Origin: Deinococcales bacterium
Lineage (GTDB): Bacteria > Deinococcota > Deinococci > Deinococcales > JAAFIG01
Assembly: GCA_031414595.1 (NCBI GenBank)
Contig: JANNVX010000001.1
Location: 9,132-73,131 of the forward strand
DNA: 64,000 nt
Direction of reading: 5' to 3'
Shown here in pieces: positions 1 to 9,052 of the stretch (positions are counted from its first letter, which is position 1; the number at the start of each line of letters is the position of its first letter). The notes beneath the pieces were generated by a model that was not told the DNA's origin, did no database searches, and was given only the letters and a program-made list of their open reading frames with translations. The translations under genes and the position numbers were made by a program.

Positions 1-301
1 TGGCTTCGGCTTGATGCGGACGCTTCTCGGCAGGGGTTAAAAGTAATTCGCCAAACGCCCCGTACTGCCCAACTACCCCGAGAATTGCTTCTTTGCCATT
101 AGGAAATAATTTAGAAATTTTAACCAAACCATTGCGTACAAAATAAATCGCATCCGCCAAGTCATCCATATGATAAATCACATCACCCGCCGAAAAACGA
201 CGATACGGTGTGGTCTTAGAAAGGGTTGCTAAATCCTCGAGTTCCCAGTCCTCGAAAAGACTGGTACTCTTTAAGTGCCAAACAAGACTAGGGAATTCCA
301 C
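1..301 (-). CDS. Crp/Fnr family transcriptional regulator (5' part; runs off window)
   Basis: Manual translation from GTG at 301: MEFPSLVWHLKSTSLFEDWELEDL...GDVIYHMDDLADAIYFVRNGLVKISKLFPNGKEAILGVVGQYGAFGE, a cNMP-binding domain pattern. Confidence 0.85.
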   Translation of the reverse strand, partial: MEFPSLVWHLKSTSLFEDWELEDLATLSKTTPYRRFSAGDVIYHMDDLADAIYFVRNGLVKISKLFPNGKEAILGVVGQYGAFGELLLTPAEKRPHQAEA

Positions 302-407
302 AGCGACAGTCTACAACTTAAGATGTGCTTTGCGCTTGAAAAAGCAATTGTAAGTTGGACTTCAATAAGAGAATTCTAGGTATTTTATGCCAAATGCTCG
401 AGACGGC

Positions 408-902
408 TTAAAGCGGCAAATACCATAACAAATCCAAAGCTGGTGGCTTAAAACCTTGTTGGCGAATCAGCAGTGCAATTTGGGCTGTGTGCCGAACCTC
501 ATGCTGCATCACATGCCAAAGTAAACCTTCGACAGTTCGTTCTTCTTCAACAATTCTCGAGAGTTCGCCAGTCTCTAATCTCTCGAGAAACCCCAAGGTA
601 CTCGCTTCTACATTTTTCCAGTAAGATAAAATCGTCTCGAGCGGCGTATCGGCAAAAAACACACCATCTTGCAGTAGGGCTTCTGGCAAATCCGATTTCC
701 ACACGGGTGTATCACGCAAAATATCCTCATGAATCCAAGAATCTTCAACTGCCGCAATGTGCATCAGTAAATCCTTAATGCAGTGAAAACGCTCGGCGGG
801 AATCATGTTTTTGGATAAGACTTCATCGGGCAAGCTCTCGAGAACAGCCCATAAATCGCGTCTGGCTCGGGTTAAATATCGGTAAAAAGTTTGTATATTC
901 AT
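408..902 (-). CDS. DinB family protein
   Basis: IKDLLMHIAAVE...LLWHVMQHEVRHTAQI His motifs of DinB/YfiT. Confidence 0.85.
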   Translation of the reverse strand: MNIQTFYRYLTRARRDLWAVLESLPDEVLSKNMIPAERFHCIKDLLMHIAAVEDSWIHEDILRDTPVWKSDLPEALLQDGVFFADTPLETILSYWKNVEASTLGFLERLETGELSRIVEEERTVEGLLWHVMQHEVRHTAQIALLIRQQGFKPPALDLLWYLPL

Positions 903-909
903 ATGCGCC

Positions 910-1338
910 TCAATTCAAATCCTCGAGCCACGGGTTAAGCACAGGAACAAAACCCTCGAAATCAGTGGTGTTTCTTGTTACAACAACCGCATCTAGTACG
1001 ATTGCTGTTGCCGCAATCCAAGAATCCGAATAGTCCATTGTTTTACCCAGATGTATCGCTCTGCTGGTTATTTCTGCCCAGGTAGCCGCGATTTCTCGAT
1101 CTATAGCAATAATATTCCCAAAATACTCCTGCTCGAGATTTGCCAACCAGTCACGGTAAGTTTTGGCACGTTTTGATTTACCTAAAAGTAAAATGCCTTG
1201 TTCGATTTCCGCAATGCTAACAACACTAATTAGGCAATTAGAAATTTTTTGATCTGATAACCAATCAATCACACCAACATCTGGTTTTGGTTTGGTTTGC
1301 TCGGATATAACATTAGTATCAAATACAAAACGTTTCAT
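910..1338 (-). CDS. vapC: Type II TA toxin, VapC/PIN domain
   Basis: FVFDTNVISE, SIAEI, DSWIAATA, VVTRNTTDF PIN motifs; 4-bp overlap with antitoxin. Confidence 0.9.
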   Translation of the reverse strand: MKRFVFDTNVISEQTKPKPDVGVIDWLSDQKISNCLISVVSIAEIEQGILLLGKSKRAKTYRDWLANLEQEYFGNIIAIDREIAATWAEITSRAIHLGKTMDYSDSWIAATAIVLDAVVVTRNTTDFEGFVPVLNPWLEDLN

Positions 1339-1580
1339 CCGAGTTTCACGGGTTTCACTGGCGAATTACGACGATAAATCTTCAACTCACCTTTTGGCGC
1401 ACCTGCTAACCCCTCAAGTGCCGATTTGCTTTTTTGTTGTAAACGCACATAGTCTGCATGAGACATCACCACGGCTGTTTGCTCACCACGTTTAGTTATA
1501 ACTTGGGCTTCGCCTGCCGCAGCAAGTTCGATGACTTCACTAAATTTTGCTTTTGCTTCTTGCAGTTGCCAATTTCGCAT
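1335..1580 (-). CDS. Phd/YefM family antitoxin
   Basis: WQLQEAKAKFSEVIELA...QVITKRG; start ATG 1580 or GTG 1589. Confidence 0.88.
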   Translation of the reverse strand: MRNWQLQEAKAKFSEVIELAAAGEAQVITKRGEQTAVVMSHADYVRLQQKSKSALEGLAGAPKGELKIYRRNSPVKPVKLG

Positions 1581-1591
1581 ATCAATCACTC

Positions 1592-1609
1592 CTGACTAGA
1601 ACTGGTCAG
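1592..1609. promoter_or_regulatory. Probable TA autorepression operator
   Basis: Palindrome CTGACTAG-AA-CTGGTCAG immediately upstream of the antitoxin. Confidence 0.55.
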
Positions 1610-1661
1610 AGTATATACCCTAACGCTAAAAATCACCAAACAGCCATAAAAGGATTCTGGA

Positions 1662-2561
1662 TTAGAAAAAACCATCAGCATCCTCGAGAATTGCTTTTAT
1701 CGAATGCGAGGCAATACCAGTCAGCACAGGATTGGTGTTCATATAGTACGGATATGCAAATGCTGCAAAACGCAACGCCACACCAGCCGAACGCAGCCAA
1801 GTTGCATCGTCTAACTCGAGGGCATCCCGAAAAATACCTCGAGCGGGTTGGTCAAGTAGCATCCAAGCACTGGCATAATCAAAAATTGGGTCGCCTACAC
1901 CGAGCGCTCCAAAATCCAGTACGGCACTTAAACGCCCTTGATGACAAAGTAAATTCGCGCCGTGCAAATCTCCATGTGACCAAACGGGCGTACCTTTCCA
2001 CGCTGGGGCAAGAAGCACTTTTTGCCAAATCTGCTCGAGTACATCAGGTTGGAACTTTGCGGGTAACAACGCTAAATTCTCACGCACACCTGCATCTTCA
2101 TCCGCAAACGGTTTGCCTCGAGCGGGTGGCGGATTAGCTGGAATTGGAATGCGTTGTAATGCTTGAATCAAATTGACCAAATCCAACGCCAAGGCTTCTT
2201 GGTTCTCGAGTGGTGCGTTGAATAAATCCTGCCCCTCGAGCCAAGCGTAGATACCCCAAGGGAATGGATAGGCTTCGGATGGCACTCCTCGAGTCAGCAG
2301 TTCTGGGATTTTTATAGGCAAATGCGGCGCGACAAAAGGCAACCATTTGATGTCCTTTTCGAGTGGTGCAACTGCCCAATCTATCCGAGGTAAACGCACA
2401 AGAAATGTATCCCCTAGCCGATACAAAACATTTTCTGTACCCCCTGCACTGAGTAGAAAAATCGGTAAGTCTACCCATTGTGGGAATTGAGTCTCGAGTA
2501 AGTGTTGTACCAAGTTTAGATTGATGTCTGCTTCGTCTGTGTGTAGTTTTTCTACTTGCAT
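1662..2561 (-). CDS. Aminoglycoside phosphotransferase (APH/choline kinase) family protein
   Basis: VWSHGDLHGANLL and AVLDFG motifs. Confidence 0.88.
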   Translation of the reverse strand: MQVEKLHTDEADINLNLVQHLLETQFPQWVDLPIFLLSAGGTENVLYRLGDTFLVRLPRIDWAVAPLEKDIKWLPFVAPHLPIKIPELLTRGVPSEAYPFPWGIYAWLEGQDLFNAPLENQEALALDLVNLIQALQRIPIPANPPPARGKPFADEDAGVRENLALLPAKFQPDVLEQIWQKVLLAPAWKGTPVWSHGDLHGANLLCHQGRLSAVLDFGALGVGDPIFDYASAWMLLDQPARGIFRDALELDDATWLRSAGVALRFAAFAYPYYMNTNPVLTGIASHSIKAILEDADGFF

Positions 2562-2570
2562 TATTTTCCT

Positions 2571-3050
2571 TTACGCACGGAGTGGAAGCCAAAGCGAATT
2601 CTCATCGGGCAGGGCAAACCCTTGGTCTTTTAATGCCAATAAAATCTGTCCCCGATGATGCGCGTCGTGCATTGCCATGTGCATTAGAAACTGGGCTGGA
2701 CTCGAGTGTGGCAAATTGCCTTTGCCAACTGCATTTTTGGCGGTCTCGAGAACTACGTTTTTGGTTTGGATCATCACAGACTTTATTCGCTCCAAGTTCA
2801 TTTCCGCGTCAAATTCACCTGTGTCCTCGTCGTAATTCGAGTACAAATCTGGTAATTTCTTCAACTCGCTTTCCTCGAGACGCATACCCCAGCCTTTGGT
2901 GCATTCGACCATGTGTGCAAGGTGCTGTGCCACAGTGTAGCCACCACCGGGCGTACCAGCTTCAAGCATATCTGGAGTCAGATGCTCGAGTAAAACCGCA
3001 TTGACGGCGTTATTAGTGTTCCAAGCGAATTCGATTTCTGGACTAATCAT
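2571..3050 (-). CDS. DinB family protein
   Basis: TVAQHLAHM...HMAMHDAHHRGQI. Confidence 0.85.
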   Translation of the reverse strand: MISPEIEFAWNTNNAVNAVLLEHLTPDMLEAGTPGGGYTVAQHLAHMVECTKGWGMRLEESELKKLPDLYSNYDEDTGEFDAEMNLERIKSVMIQTKNVVLETAKNAVGKGNLPHSSPAQFLMHMAMHDAHHRGQILLALKDQGFALPDENSLWLPLRA

Positions 3051-3126
3051 GCTAAACCTCTTTTTAATCTAAACAAGAATTTTTAATTGTTGAGTTGCGT
3101 GTGAACATATTAACGTTTTGGCTTGA

Positions 3127-3924
3127 TTAAGGCAAATCATCGGCTTGTTGTTTTATCTGCTCGAGAGCAAATTCAATGAATTCTAAAGTGCGTTTAACAT
3201 CATCTGGCTCGGCAAGTTTCTTGTAATTCTCGCGTTGAATGGCGTGTTCTTGCCAAGCAATGGCAATTAAATCATGCCAACGAGCCTCGAGATTCTGGCA
3301 ACCCCACAGTGCTGCCGAGCGCTTAGATTTGACTTGCGCTGTGGCTAATGTCTCGAGCATCCGACAGTACGAAAGAACTACAGATTGCTGATACCAACGG
3401 GTGTCTATTTTGGTTGGAGACTCGAGAATTTCTGCTCCCCAGTTTTGCATGACTGCGCTAACCTCGAGTTTTAATTGATCGGCTACCACAGGTTCAATCA
3501 GGGGTTTGGCATCTGCGCCATCCAAAGAAATACCATACTCCCTTGTTGTGTACCGAGTCACCAATGTGTTGCAATGCGTGTCCAGAATCAGTTCGTGGCT
3601 GCCATTATCTAAGTACCAAAGTGGGATGCTGGTATCTGTTTCTTGCAGCACTTTTTGACTGATGTACGACCCCTCGAGATGCTGCGCCCAAGCTGAAGGT
3701 AACGCATAAATTCTTTTGTGCATGGCTTGTAGTTCGGGCAGTAAATCCGTGGGTAATTCATCTTGTAGGACAATTAGAAAGTCAACATCACTGTGCAAAT
3801 CCCAATCGCCAAGCGCAAACGAACCTTGTAAGTAGGCTGCGATAAGCTCTGAGCCAAGAATCTGTTTGGCGCTTTGGATTAACTCGAGTAGAACATCGTT
3901 TAATTCGGGTACTAAAGTTTTCAT
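3127..3924 (-). CDS. Pol-beta nucleotidyltransferase, aminoglycoside adenylyltransferase-like (DUF4111-type)
   Basis: YLQGSFALGDWDLHSDVDFLIV; C-terminal VLSYCRML...SKRSAALW. Confidence 0.75.
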   Translation of the reverse strand: MKTLVPELNDVLLELIQSAKQILGSELIAAYLQGSFALGDWDLHSDVDFLIVLQDELPTDLLPELQAMHKRIYALPSAWAQHLEGSYISQKVLQETDTSIPLWYLDNGSHELILDTHCNTLVTRYTTREYGISLDGADAKPLIEPVVADQLKLEVSAVMQNWGAEILESPTKIDTRWYQQSVVLSYCRMLETLATAQVKSKRSAALWGCQNLEARWHDLIAIAWQEHAIQRENYKKLAEPDDVKRTLEFIEFALEQIKQQADDLP

Positions 3925-5147
3925 GATGCTTCCTTTTTTCCTGCTCGAGCGTACATGGGCAGAGTTAGCGTTAAAATCAGTGCGCCACTAAATAAGGCTA
4001 ATCGCAGGTTTTTATTGCCCAGCCAACCAACCATTGGTCCGCCCGCAATTTGCCCAATCGCATCGGCTTGACCATTTAAGGACAGCACGGTTGCGCGGGT
4101 ACTAGACTCGAGACGCTGATTAAGCCAAGCCGTTCCAAGTGGGGCTTGAACTTCGCGGCAAGCTCGAGCCAAGACAAAAGCCAGCATTGCCACCCAAAAT
4201 CCGTTAGCAAAAGCAAAGACACTGATGCAGACAACAACGATACTCGAGCTAATAAGCAGTGTTCGCGTAATTTCTTGAATTGAATTCATGTTGATGCGTT
4301 TTGCCCAGAGGGTAAATGGTAATGCCACCAAGTCCACACACAAATCCAGCAGCAAAAAAACCAGCAATTGTTGTTGTACAGAACTCAGAAAACCAAGCTC
4401 GAGTTGCGGTAAGCCAAAACGAATCAAATGCAGTTGCCAGAGCCGATCAAAGGATTCCGAAGCTGCTCCTGAAACAATGGTAACAAGAAACAATAAACGA
4501 ATTGTTTTATTCCTAGTCGCAAACCCGATTGCCTCGAGCAAGGTTTTACGCATGGATTGCAAAGCATTTTCTCGAGTCACTGGTGTTGGTTTGAACTTGG
4601 TTTCGGGCATGGCAAACCACAAAAAAGCACTCAATGCCATAAAACCAATCCCGCCAACCACAATCGGGATTTGCAAACTTGAATTTGCTAACAGCAAAGC
4701 ACTAACAATAATTGCCAGACGGAGCGGAAAACGATACAGATTGACCCGAAGCATCAGTTGGTTCGCCTCGAGTTCACCAATTTCATCTGATAGCCACGCT
4801 TGGGTTGCCCCACTGGTAAAGGTGTAACCAATGCCCCACAGCACTTGAGCCGCTAAAACAGCGATAAAAGCTGGAATCAGACCCTCGAGTATAAAACCAA
4901 GCCCGACCAGTGCAAAACCAATCAGCACCGAGATTTTACGCGAAATCGTGTCTGCCACCACGCCTGTCGGAACTTCAAAGAGTAAAATCGCCAACTCAAG
5001 TGCCGTGCCAACCAGCACCAACTCGAGCGGCGAGAGTTTAATAATGGTTGCGTAATACAAAATGTTGGTACTGAAAACCAGTCCAAACAAGAAACTCGAG
5101 CCGAGGGTCAGGATTAAAAAAACCAATTGTGGTGATAAGCGTTTCAA
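3921..5147 (-). CDS. MFS efflux transporter, TetA(P)-like
   Basis: About 12 hydrophobic segments; LVGTALE...FEVPTGVVADTISRKISV and FTSGATQAW motifs. Confidence 0.8.
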   Translation of the reverse strand: MKRLSPQLVFLILTLGSSFLFGLVFSTNILYYATIIKLSPLELVLVGTALELAILLFEVPTGVVADTISRKISVLIGFALVGLGFILEGLIPAFIAVLAAQVLWGIGYTFTSGATQAWLSDEIGELEANQLMLRVNLYRFPLRLAIIVSALLLANSSLQIPIVVGGIGFMALSAFLWFAMPETKFKPTPVTRENALQSMRKTLLEAIGFATRNKTIRLLFLVTIVSGAASESFDRLWQLHLIRFGLPQLELGFLSSVQQQLLVFLLLDLCVDLVALPFTLWAKRINMNSIQEITRTLLISSSIVVVCISVFAFANGFWVAMLAFVLARACREVQAPLGTAWLNQRLESSTRATVLSLNGQADAIGQIAGGPMVGWLGNKNLRLALFSGALILTLTLPMYARAGKKEAS

Positions 5148-5183
5148 TATGTTTCTCCTTAATTAAAAGGGGTATGGTGAGTC

Positions 5184-5558
5184 ATGGCTGAAACTTTAGA
5201 ACTCAAACTATCCGAACTCGAGAATTTGCAAGTCAGTAAGCGCTTAGTAGGTGGCAAAGAAATTTTGTTGTACCGAAGTGATAACACCGTCAGTGCCATC
5301 TCGAGCAAGTGTTCGCATTTGAATGTCGCATTGCCAGCCAAAGCCGTCAATGGGATCATTACCTGTGGTTTCCACGGCGCACAATTTGACGCTAAAACTG
5401 GGGCTTGTTTGGTCGGGGCGCTTGGCAAGGACTGGCAGAAATCCACACCATTGGGAATTGGGGCATTGGCGGCGGCACTGATTCCAAAGAAGAATTCGCC
5501 AGACCTCGAGCGGTTTACCGTCGAAATTATTGGTGAAAACATGCGTGTGACGGTCTGA
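5184..5558 (+). CDS. Rieske [2Fe-2S] ferredoxin
   Basis: CSH...CGFHGAQFD Rieske motif. Confidence 0.85.
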   Translation: MAETLELKLSELENLQVSKRLVGGKEILLYRSDNTVSAISSKCSHLNVALPAKAVNGIITCGFHGAQFDAKTGACLVGALGKDWQKSTPLGIGALAAALIPKKNSPDLERFTVEIIGENMRVTV

Positions 5559-5559
5559 T

Positions 5560-5946
5560 TCATAACTGGATTAGCCCAGCTTTGGTTGGTCTAAAACCAC
5601 ACTTTTGGTAAAACGGCTCGAGGTGGTCTTCAAAATCCGCATGAACCCATTCGCAACCGTGCTGTTTGGCAAATGCCACCGCTCGAGCCAACAGTTCTTG
5701 TCCAATGCCACGGCGTTTGTAATCCTCGTGAACTGAAGGGTCGAGCAAAAACGCATGAACCCCAGCATCACCGATGAGTTTTACAAAACCTATCAGTCTC
5801 GAGCCATCAAAAGCACAAACGTAACACATCGTAGCCTCGAGTTCAGGTTGAAAATCTATGTTGGAAGGTTTACCCCATGCCGAAAAGAAAAGCTCATTCA
5901 GGGCGGTGTTCTCGAGCGGTGGACTGATTGCGTACTTTATGTTCAT
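5560..5946 (-). CDS. GNAT acetyltransferase
   Basis: VHEDYKRRGIGQELL...FYQKCGF; start moved to ATG 5946 with SD AAGGAG. Confidence 0.88.
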   Translation of the reverse strand: MNIKYAISPPLENTALNELFFSAWGKPSNIDFQPELEATMCYVCAFDGSRLIGFVKLIGDAGVHAFLLDPSVHEDYKRRGIGQELLARAVAFAKQHGCEWVHADFEDHLEPFYQKCGFRPTKAGLIQL

Positions 5947-5979
5947 TTGTCTCCTTACAGAGTTTGCTACACTGCTAAA

Positions 5980-6531
5980 ATGATTACCGAAAAGAGACTG
6001 AGTACAGAAGAATACTTTGAACTCGAGCAGCGTTCCGAAGTTCGTCATGAATTTGTGGATGGTGTGATGCACGCAATGGCTGGCGATAAGAAACAAAATA
6101 ATCGGGTCGTCAGACGATTGGTACGGTTACTTGATGCTGCGGCTGATGCCAAAAACTGCGATGTGTTTTTTACGGTTGTCAAAATGCAAGTCCCCAATGG
6201 AAAATACCGTTATCCAGATGTGGTTGTGACCTGCGAAGAAGATGCCGATGAATACCTGATTAAAGCACCTTGTGCGGTTTTTGAAGTGCTTTCTGACAGC
6301 ACAAGAGACGTGGACGAAAACGAAAAGCTCGAGGAGTACCTAAAAATTGCCAGTGTCCAGCGTTATGTGTTGCTGCGCCAAGATAGGGCTTTAGCGATGG
6401 TTTACTCGAGAGACAGGACTGAATGGCGTTTTTCTCTGCTCGAGAACACTGGCGAATTTGAGATTCCATGCTTAGGCTTAACGCTTAGGCTCGAGGATAT
6501 TTACACAGGAATTGTACCGCCAAGAATTTAA
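5980..6531 (+). CDS. Uma2 family PD-(D/E)XK endonuclease-like protein
   Basis: EEYFELE..SEVRHEFVDG..AMAG, YPDVVVTC, FEVLSDST; ATG 5980 with TACACT 6 nt upstream. Confidence 0.88.
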   Translation: MITEKRLSTEEYFELEQRSEVRHEFVDGVMHAMAGDKKQNNRVVRRLVRLLDAAADAKNCDVFFTVVKMQVPNGKYRYPDVVVTCEEDADEYLIKAPCAVFEVLSDSTRDVDENEKLEEYLKIASVQRYVLLRQDRALAMVYSRDRTEWRFSLLENTGEFEIPCLGLTLRLEDIYTGIVPPRI

Positions 6532-6977
6532 GTGCTTTGAAGCAGCAATTGCCGAATTGCACCGAAATGATAGGCAGTGTGGGTTAAAATCGCCACGCCA
6601 TCAGATAATTTGAGGTTGTTATCCTCTAATTTCTCTAAATCTTTAACCAAGGCGCTATAAGCAATTTGCAAACCCTCCCGCAAAGCTCGCCACTCGAGTT
6701 GGGTTACACCATGCGTTTGCCAACTGGCATCCCAATCGGTTTTGGCTGTCGCGCCATTCATGTAGCCATGCAGTGCCACCAGATAAACTCGAGTATGCTC
6801 GACATGAGCCGCAATGCTGCGCTGATTTTTAGACTCCACCGAGGCAGCTTCGGCACTGATGTTTTTTAGGGTCTCGAGCAATCCGCCTTTGGCACGGTCA
6901 AGATAAATGCCGCGTGGTTGTACAAAAGTTTCCTCGAGTATTTCTAGGATGTTGCTTTTTAGGGTTTCTTCAGACAT
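6528..6977 (-). CDS. DinB-like protein
   Basis: SIAAHVEH...THTAYHFGAIRQ. Confidence 0.75.
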   Translation of the reverse strand: MSEETLKSNILEILEETFVQPRGIYLDRAKGGLLETLKNISAEAASVESKNQRSIAAHVEHTRVYLVALHGYMNGATAKTDWDASWQTHGVTQLEWRALREGLQIAYSALVKDLEKLEDNNLKLSDGVAILTHTAYHFGAIRQLLLQST

Positions 6978-7800
6978 GAATCTCCTTATCCAAAAAATCC
7001 ATACGTTTCAATTCCTTAGAAACATACGCCAGTGCTGCTTGCTCGAGTGCTTCTGGGTACGTGGCATTCCAAGTTGTAGCGGCTTTTTTACCTGCTTTTT
7101 GCATCAGTGCCGCCAACTTAAAATGCGCCTGCACAATGCTTTGCGCCGAAAAGTTTGGTAAGTTCATGATGTTCTCGAGTTGCTGTTGTTCGTTGCCCTC
7201 GAGTAATTCGTTATAGCGCTGGTCGCCAACATCACGCAGCCTGCCACGCCCCAAAGAAAACACCAAAATCATCTGCACCATCATATGATGCAGCCGTTGC
7301 GAGGCAGACAGAATCTCGCCGCGTTCAATGCTTGGCAGTACCGAAAATAAGCTCCAGAAGTAACAAATTTCGACATACAGCGCTTTACGAATTTCTTCGG
7401 CGCTCGAGGGAACGGCTGGCACGGTTTTCAGGATGTGTTCACGGTCAAATAAAACTTGGCTTCGATGCTCGGTGATTTTTATATCGGCTATGGTGTCCAG
7501 CCAAGTCCCAATGGCAATGATGTCACCGTTTGGGTGCAGCAAAAGTGTACTAATCATGTTGCTGGCAAATAACTCATGATGCTTGAGGACTGGATGAAGC
7601 TGTTGTAAAATCGCCTCGTAATTGGCTCGAAAATCATCCAAATCTTCTTGATCCAGTGCAATGTGTATATCAATGTCAGAATGCCGGTCGCCTTGTCCAC
7701 GCCCAAGGCTACCCTCGAGCCAGACTGCTTTGACTCGAGTATCGGTTTTTAGTAATGCCGTGATTTGATTAGCAAACTCGAGTTGGATATTAGCGTTCAT
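6970..7800 (-). CDS. Nucleotidyltransferase domain protein
   Basis: WLEGSLGRGQGDRHSDIDI (GS...DxD). Confidence 0.8.
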   Translation of the reverse strand: MNANIQLEFANQITALLKTDTRVKAVWLEGSLGRGQGDRHSDIDIHIALDQEDLDDFRANYEAILQQLHPVLKHHELFASNMISTLLLHPNGDIIAIGTWLDTIADIKITEHRSQVLFDREHILKTVPAVPSSAEEIRKALYVEICYFWSLFSVLPSIERGEILSASQRLHHMMVQMILVFSLGRGRLRDVGDQRYNELLEGNEQQQLENIMNLPNFSAQSIVQAHFKLAALMQKAGKKAATTWNATYPEALEQAALAYVSKELKRMDFLDKEIHV

Positions 7801-8819
7801 AAAATATTCTCCATTTCCTCAGTCAGCATCGTGGTTTGCAGCGCTCGAGCTTTAGCTTGAATGATTTTTAGGGATGCTTGCCAATCTTTTTTAATACCAA
7901 AAGTGCTAAATGTTCGGCACAACCCTTGAATATCTCGCTCGAGAATCATTTTGGCGGTCGGTTGCTTAATGCTGACCACTTGCGGAAAGTCTATGACCAC
8001 ACATTCACCTTGCCACCACAGCAAATTAAAGGTTGAAAAATCGCCGTGAACCCGTCCTGTACTTAAAATTCTGGCGTACTGCTCGAGTGACTGGGCAAAG
8101 GCAATTTCAGCATCTTCTCGAGAAAGTCTGGCATCGGCTACGCGTTGCGCGACTTCGTTTTCATCGCCAATGAATTCCATCAGAATCACGCTGGCTTCAT
8201 GGGCTAGTGGCTTTGGCACTCGCACACCTGCGTTGTGCAGGGCGTGAAGTTGCTGAAATTCTTCTTGAACCCATAAAAAATTCTGGGCAGAAATTCCGGT
8301 TTCGGAGCGTTGGTCTATTGCTTTTTGTAAGCGTTTATCGTCTATATTGCGCCCTTCGCGGTAGAGCGCATCGTCCTTGAAACCACGCACCCTTGAATCC
8401 ACATAGAGCTTGGCAGCCACCAGCCCTGTTTGCCCTTCGCAGACATAAACCGTGGCTTCTTTACCGCTTTTGAGTTGCCACAGCACTTCTTTGATTAGTC
8501 CGCGAATAAAAAGTTCCTCGAGTCCAGAATCAATGAATTTTTTGTCATCGTTCTTAAAGTCAATGTCCGAAGCCGCATGAAGTTGGGCTACCGTGCGCCG
8601 CCGAGCGGGTTTACCCTTACCGAGTTTACGCGAACGGTCTTGGAATTCTTCGATTTTATCTAAGTTCTCGAGGTCTTCCCACCACGGCTCGTCGGTGGTT
8701 TCGAGGTTTTCAGGCTCGGGCGCAGTTTCGGCTCGAGAGATTTTATTGATTTTGGTAAGTTCAAAAGTATTTGGGACAGTATTTTCTGTCAGCGCAATCA
8801 GCGCAGCATGACGCGGCAT
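7797..8819 (-). CDS. RIO1-family atypical protein kinase
   Basis: LKSGKEATVY, AAKLY, VHGDFSTFNLL, VIDFPQ. Confidence 0.9.
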   Translation of the reverse strand: MPRHAALIALTENTVPNTFELTKINKISRAETAPEPENLETTDEPWWEDLENLDKIEEFQDRSRKLGKGKPARRRTVAQLHAASDIDFKNDDKKFIDSGLEELFIRGLIKEVLWQLKSGKEATVYVCEGQTGLVAAKLYVDSRVRGFKDDALYREGRNIDDKRLQKAIDQRSETGISAQNFLWVQEEFQQLHALHNAGVRVPKPLAHEASVILMEFIGDENEVAQRVADARLSREDAEIAFAQSLEQYARILSTGRVHGDFSTFNLLWWQGECVVIDFPQVVSIKQPTAKMILERDIQGLCRTFSTFGIKKDWQASLKIIQAKARALQTTMLTEEMENIL

Positions 8820-8887
8820 CAGAGAACCACCAAATGGTGTTTAGGTTGACAGTACAAAGGTGATGCTGCAAAGAATTTGGGAATCAC
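8819..8887 (-). CDS. Putative leader peptide 2 (22 aa, VIPKFFAASPLYCQPKHHLVVL)
   Basis: SD AGGAG, GTG start; its TGA overlaps the RIO kinase ATG (TGATG). Confidence 0.45.
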   Translation of the reverse strand: MIPKFFAASPLYCQPKHHLVVL

Positions 8888-8975
8888 GGTTACTCCTAAA
8901 AGTAGGGAAAACAAAGCTATTACTGGTTCGAGACACGGTTCTCTCGAGTCGGACAATGGTTTGGTTGTGATTCAT
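8841..8975 (-). CDS. Putative leader peptide 1 (44 aa, MNHNQTIVRLERTVSRTSNSFVFPTFRSNRDSQILCSITFVLST)
   Basis: Strong SD AAAGGAGGT upstream of ATG 8975; below the ORF-track length cutoff. Confidence 0.55.
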   Translation of the reverse strand: MNHNQTIVRLERTVSRTSNSFVFPTFRSNRDSQILCSITFVLST

Positions 8976-9052
8976 ATACAGCACCTCCTTTGGCTTGAAT
9001 GCAAAATCTTAGCACGTTTTTTTGCTTGGTGTGGCATCGGCTAAATGGCGTA

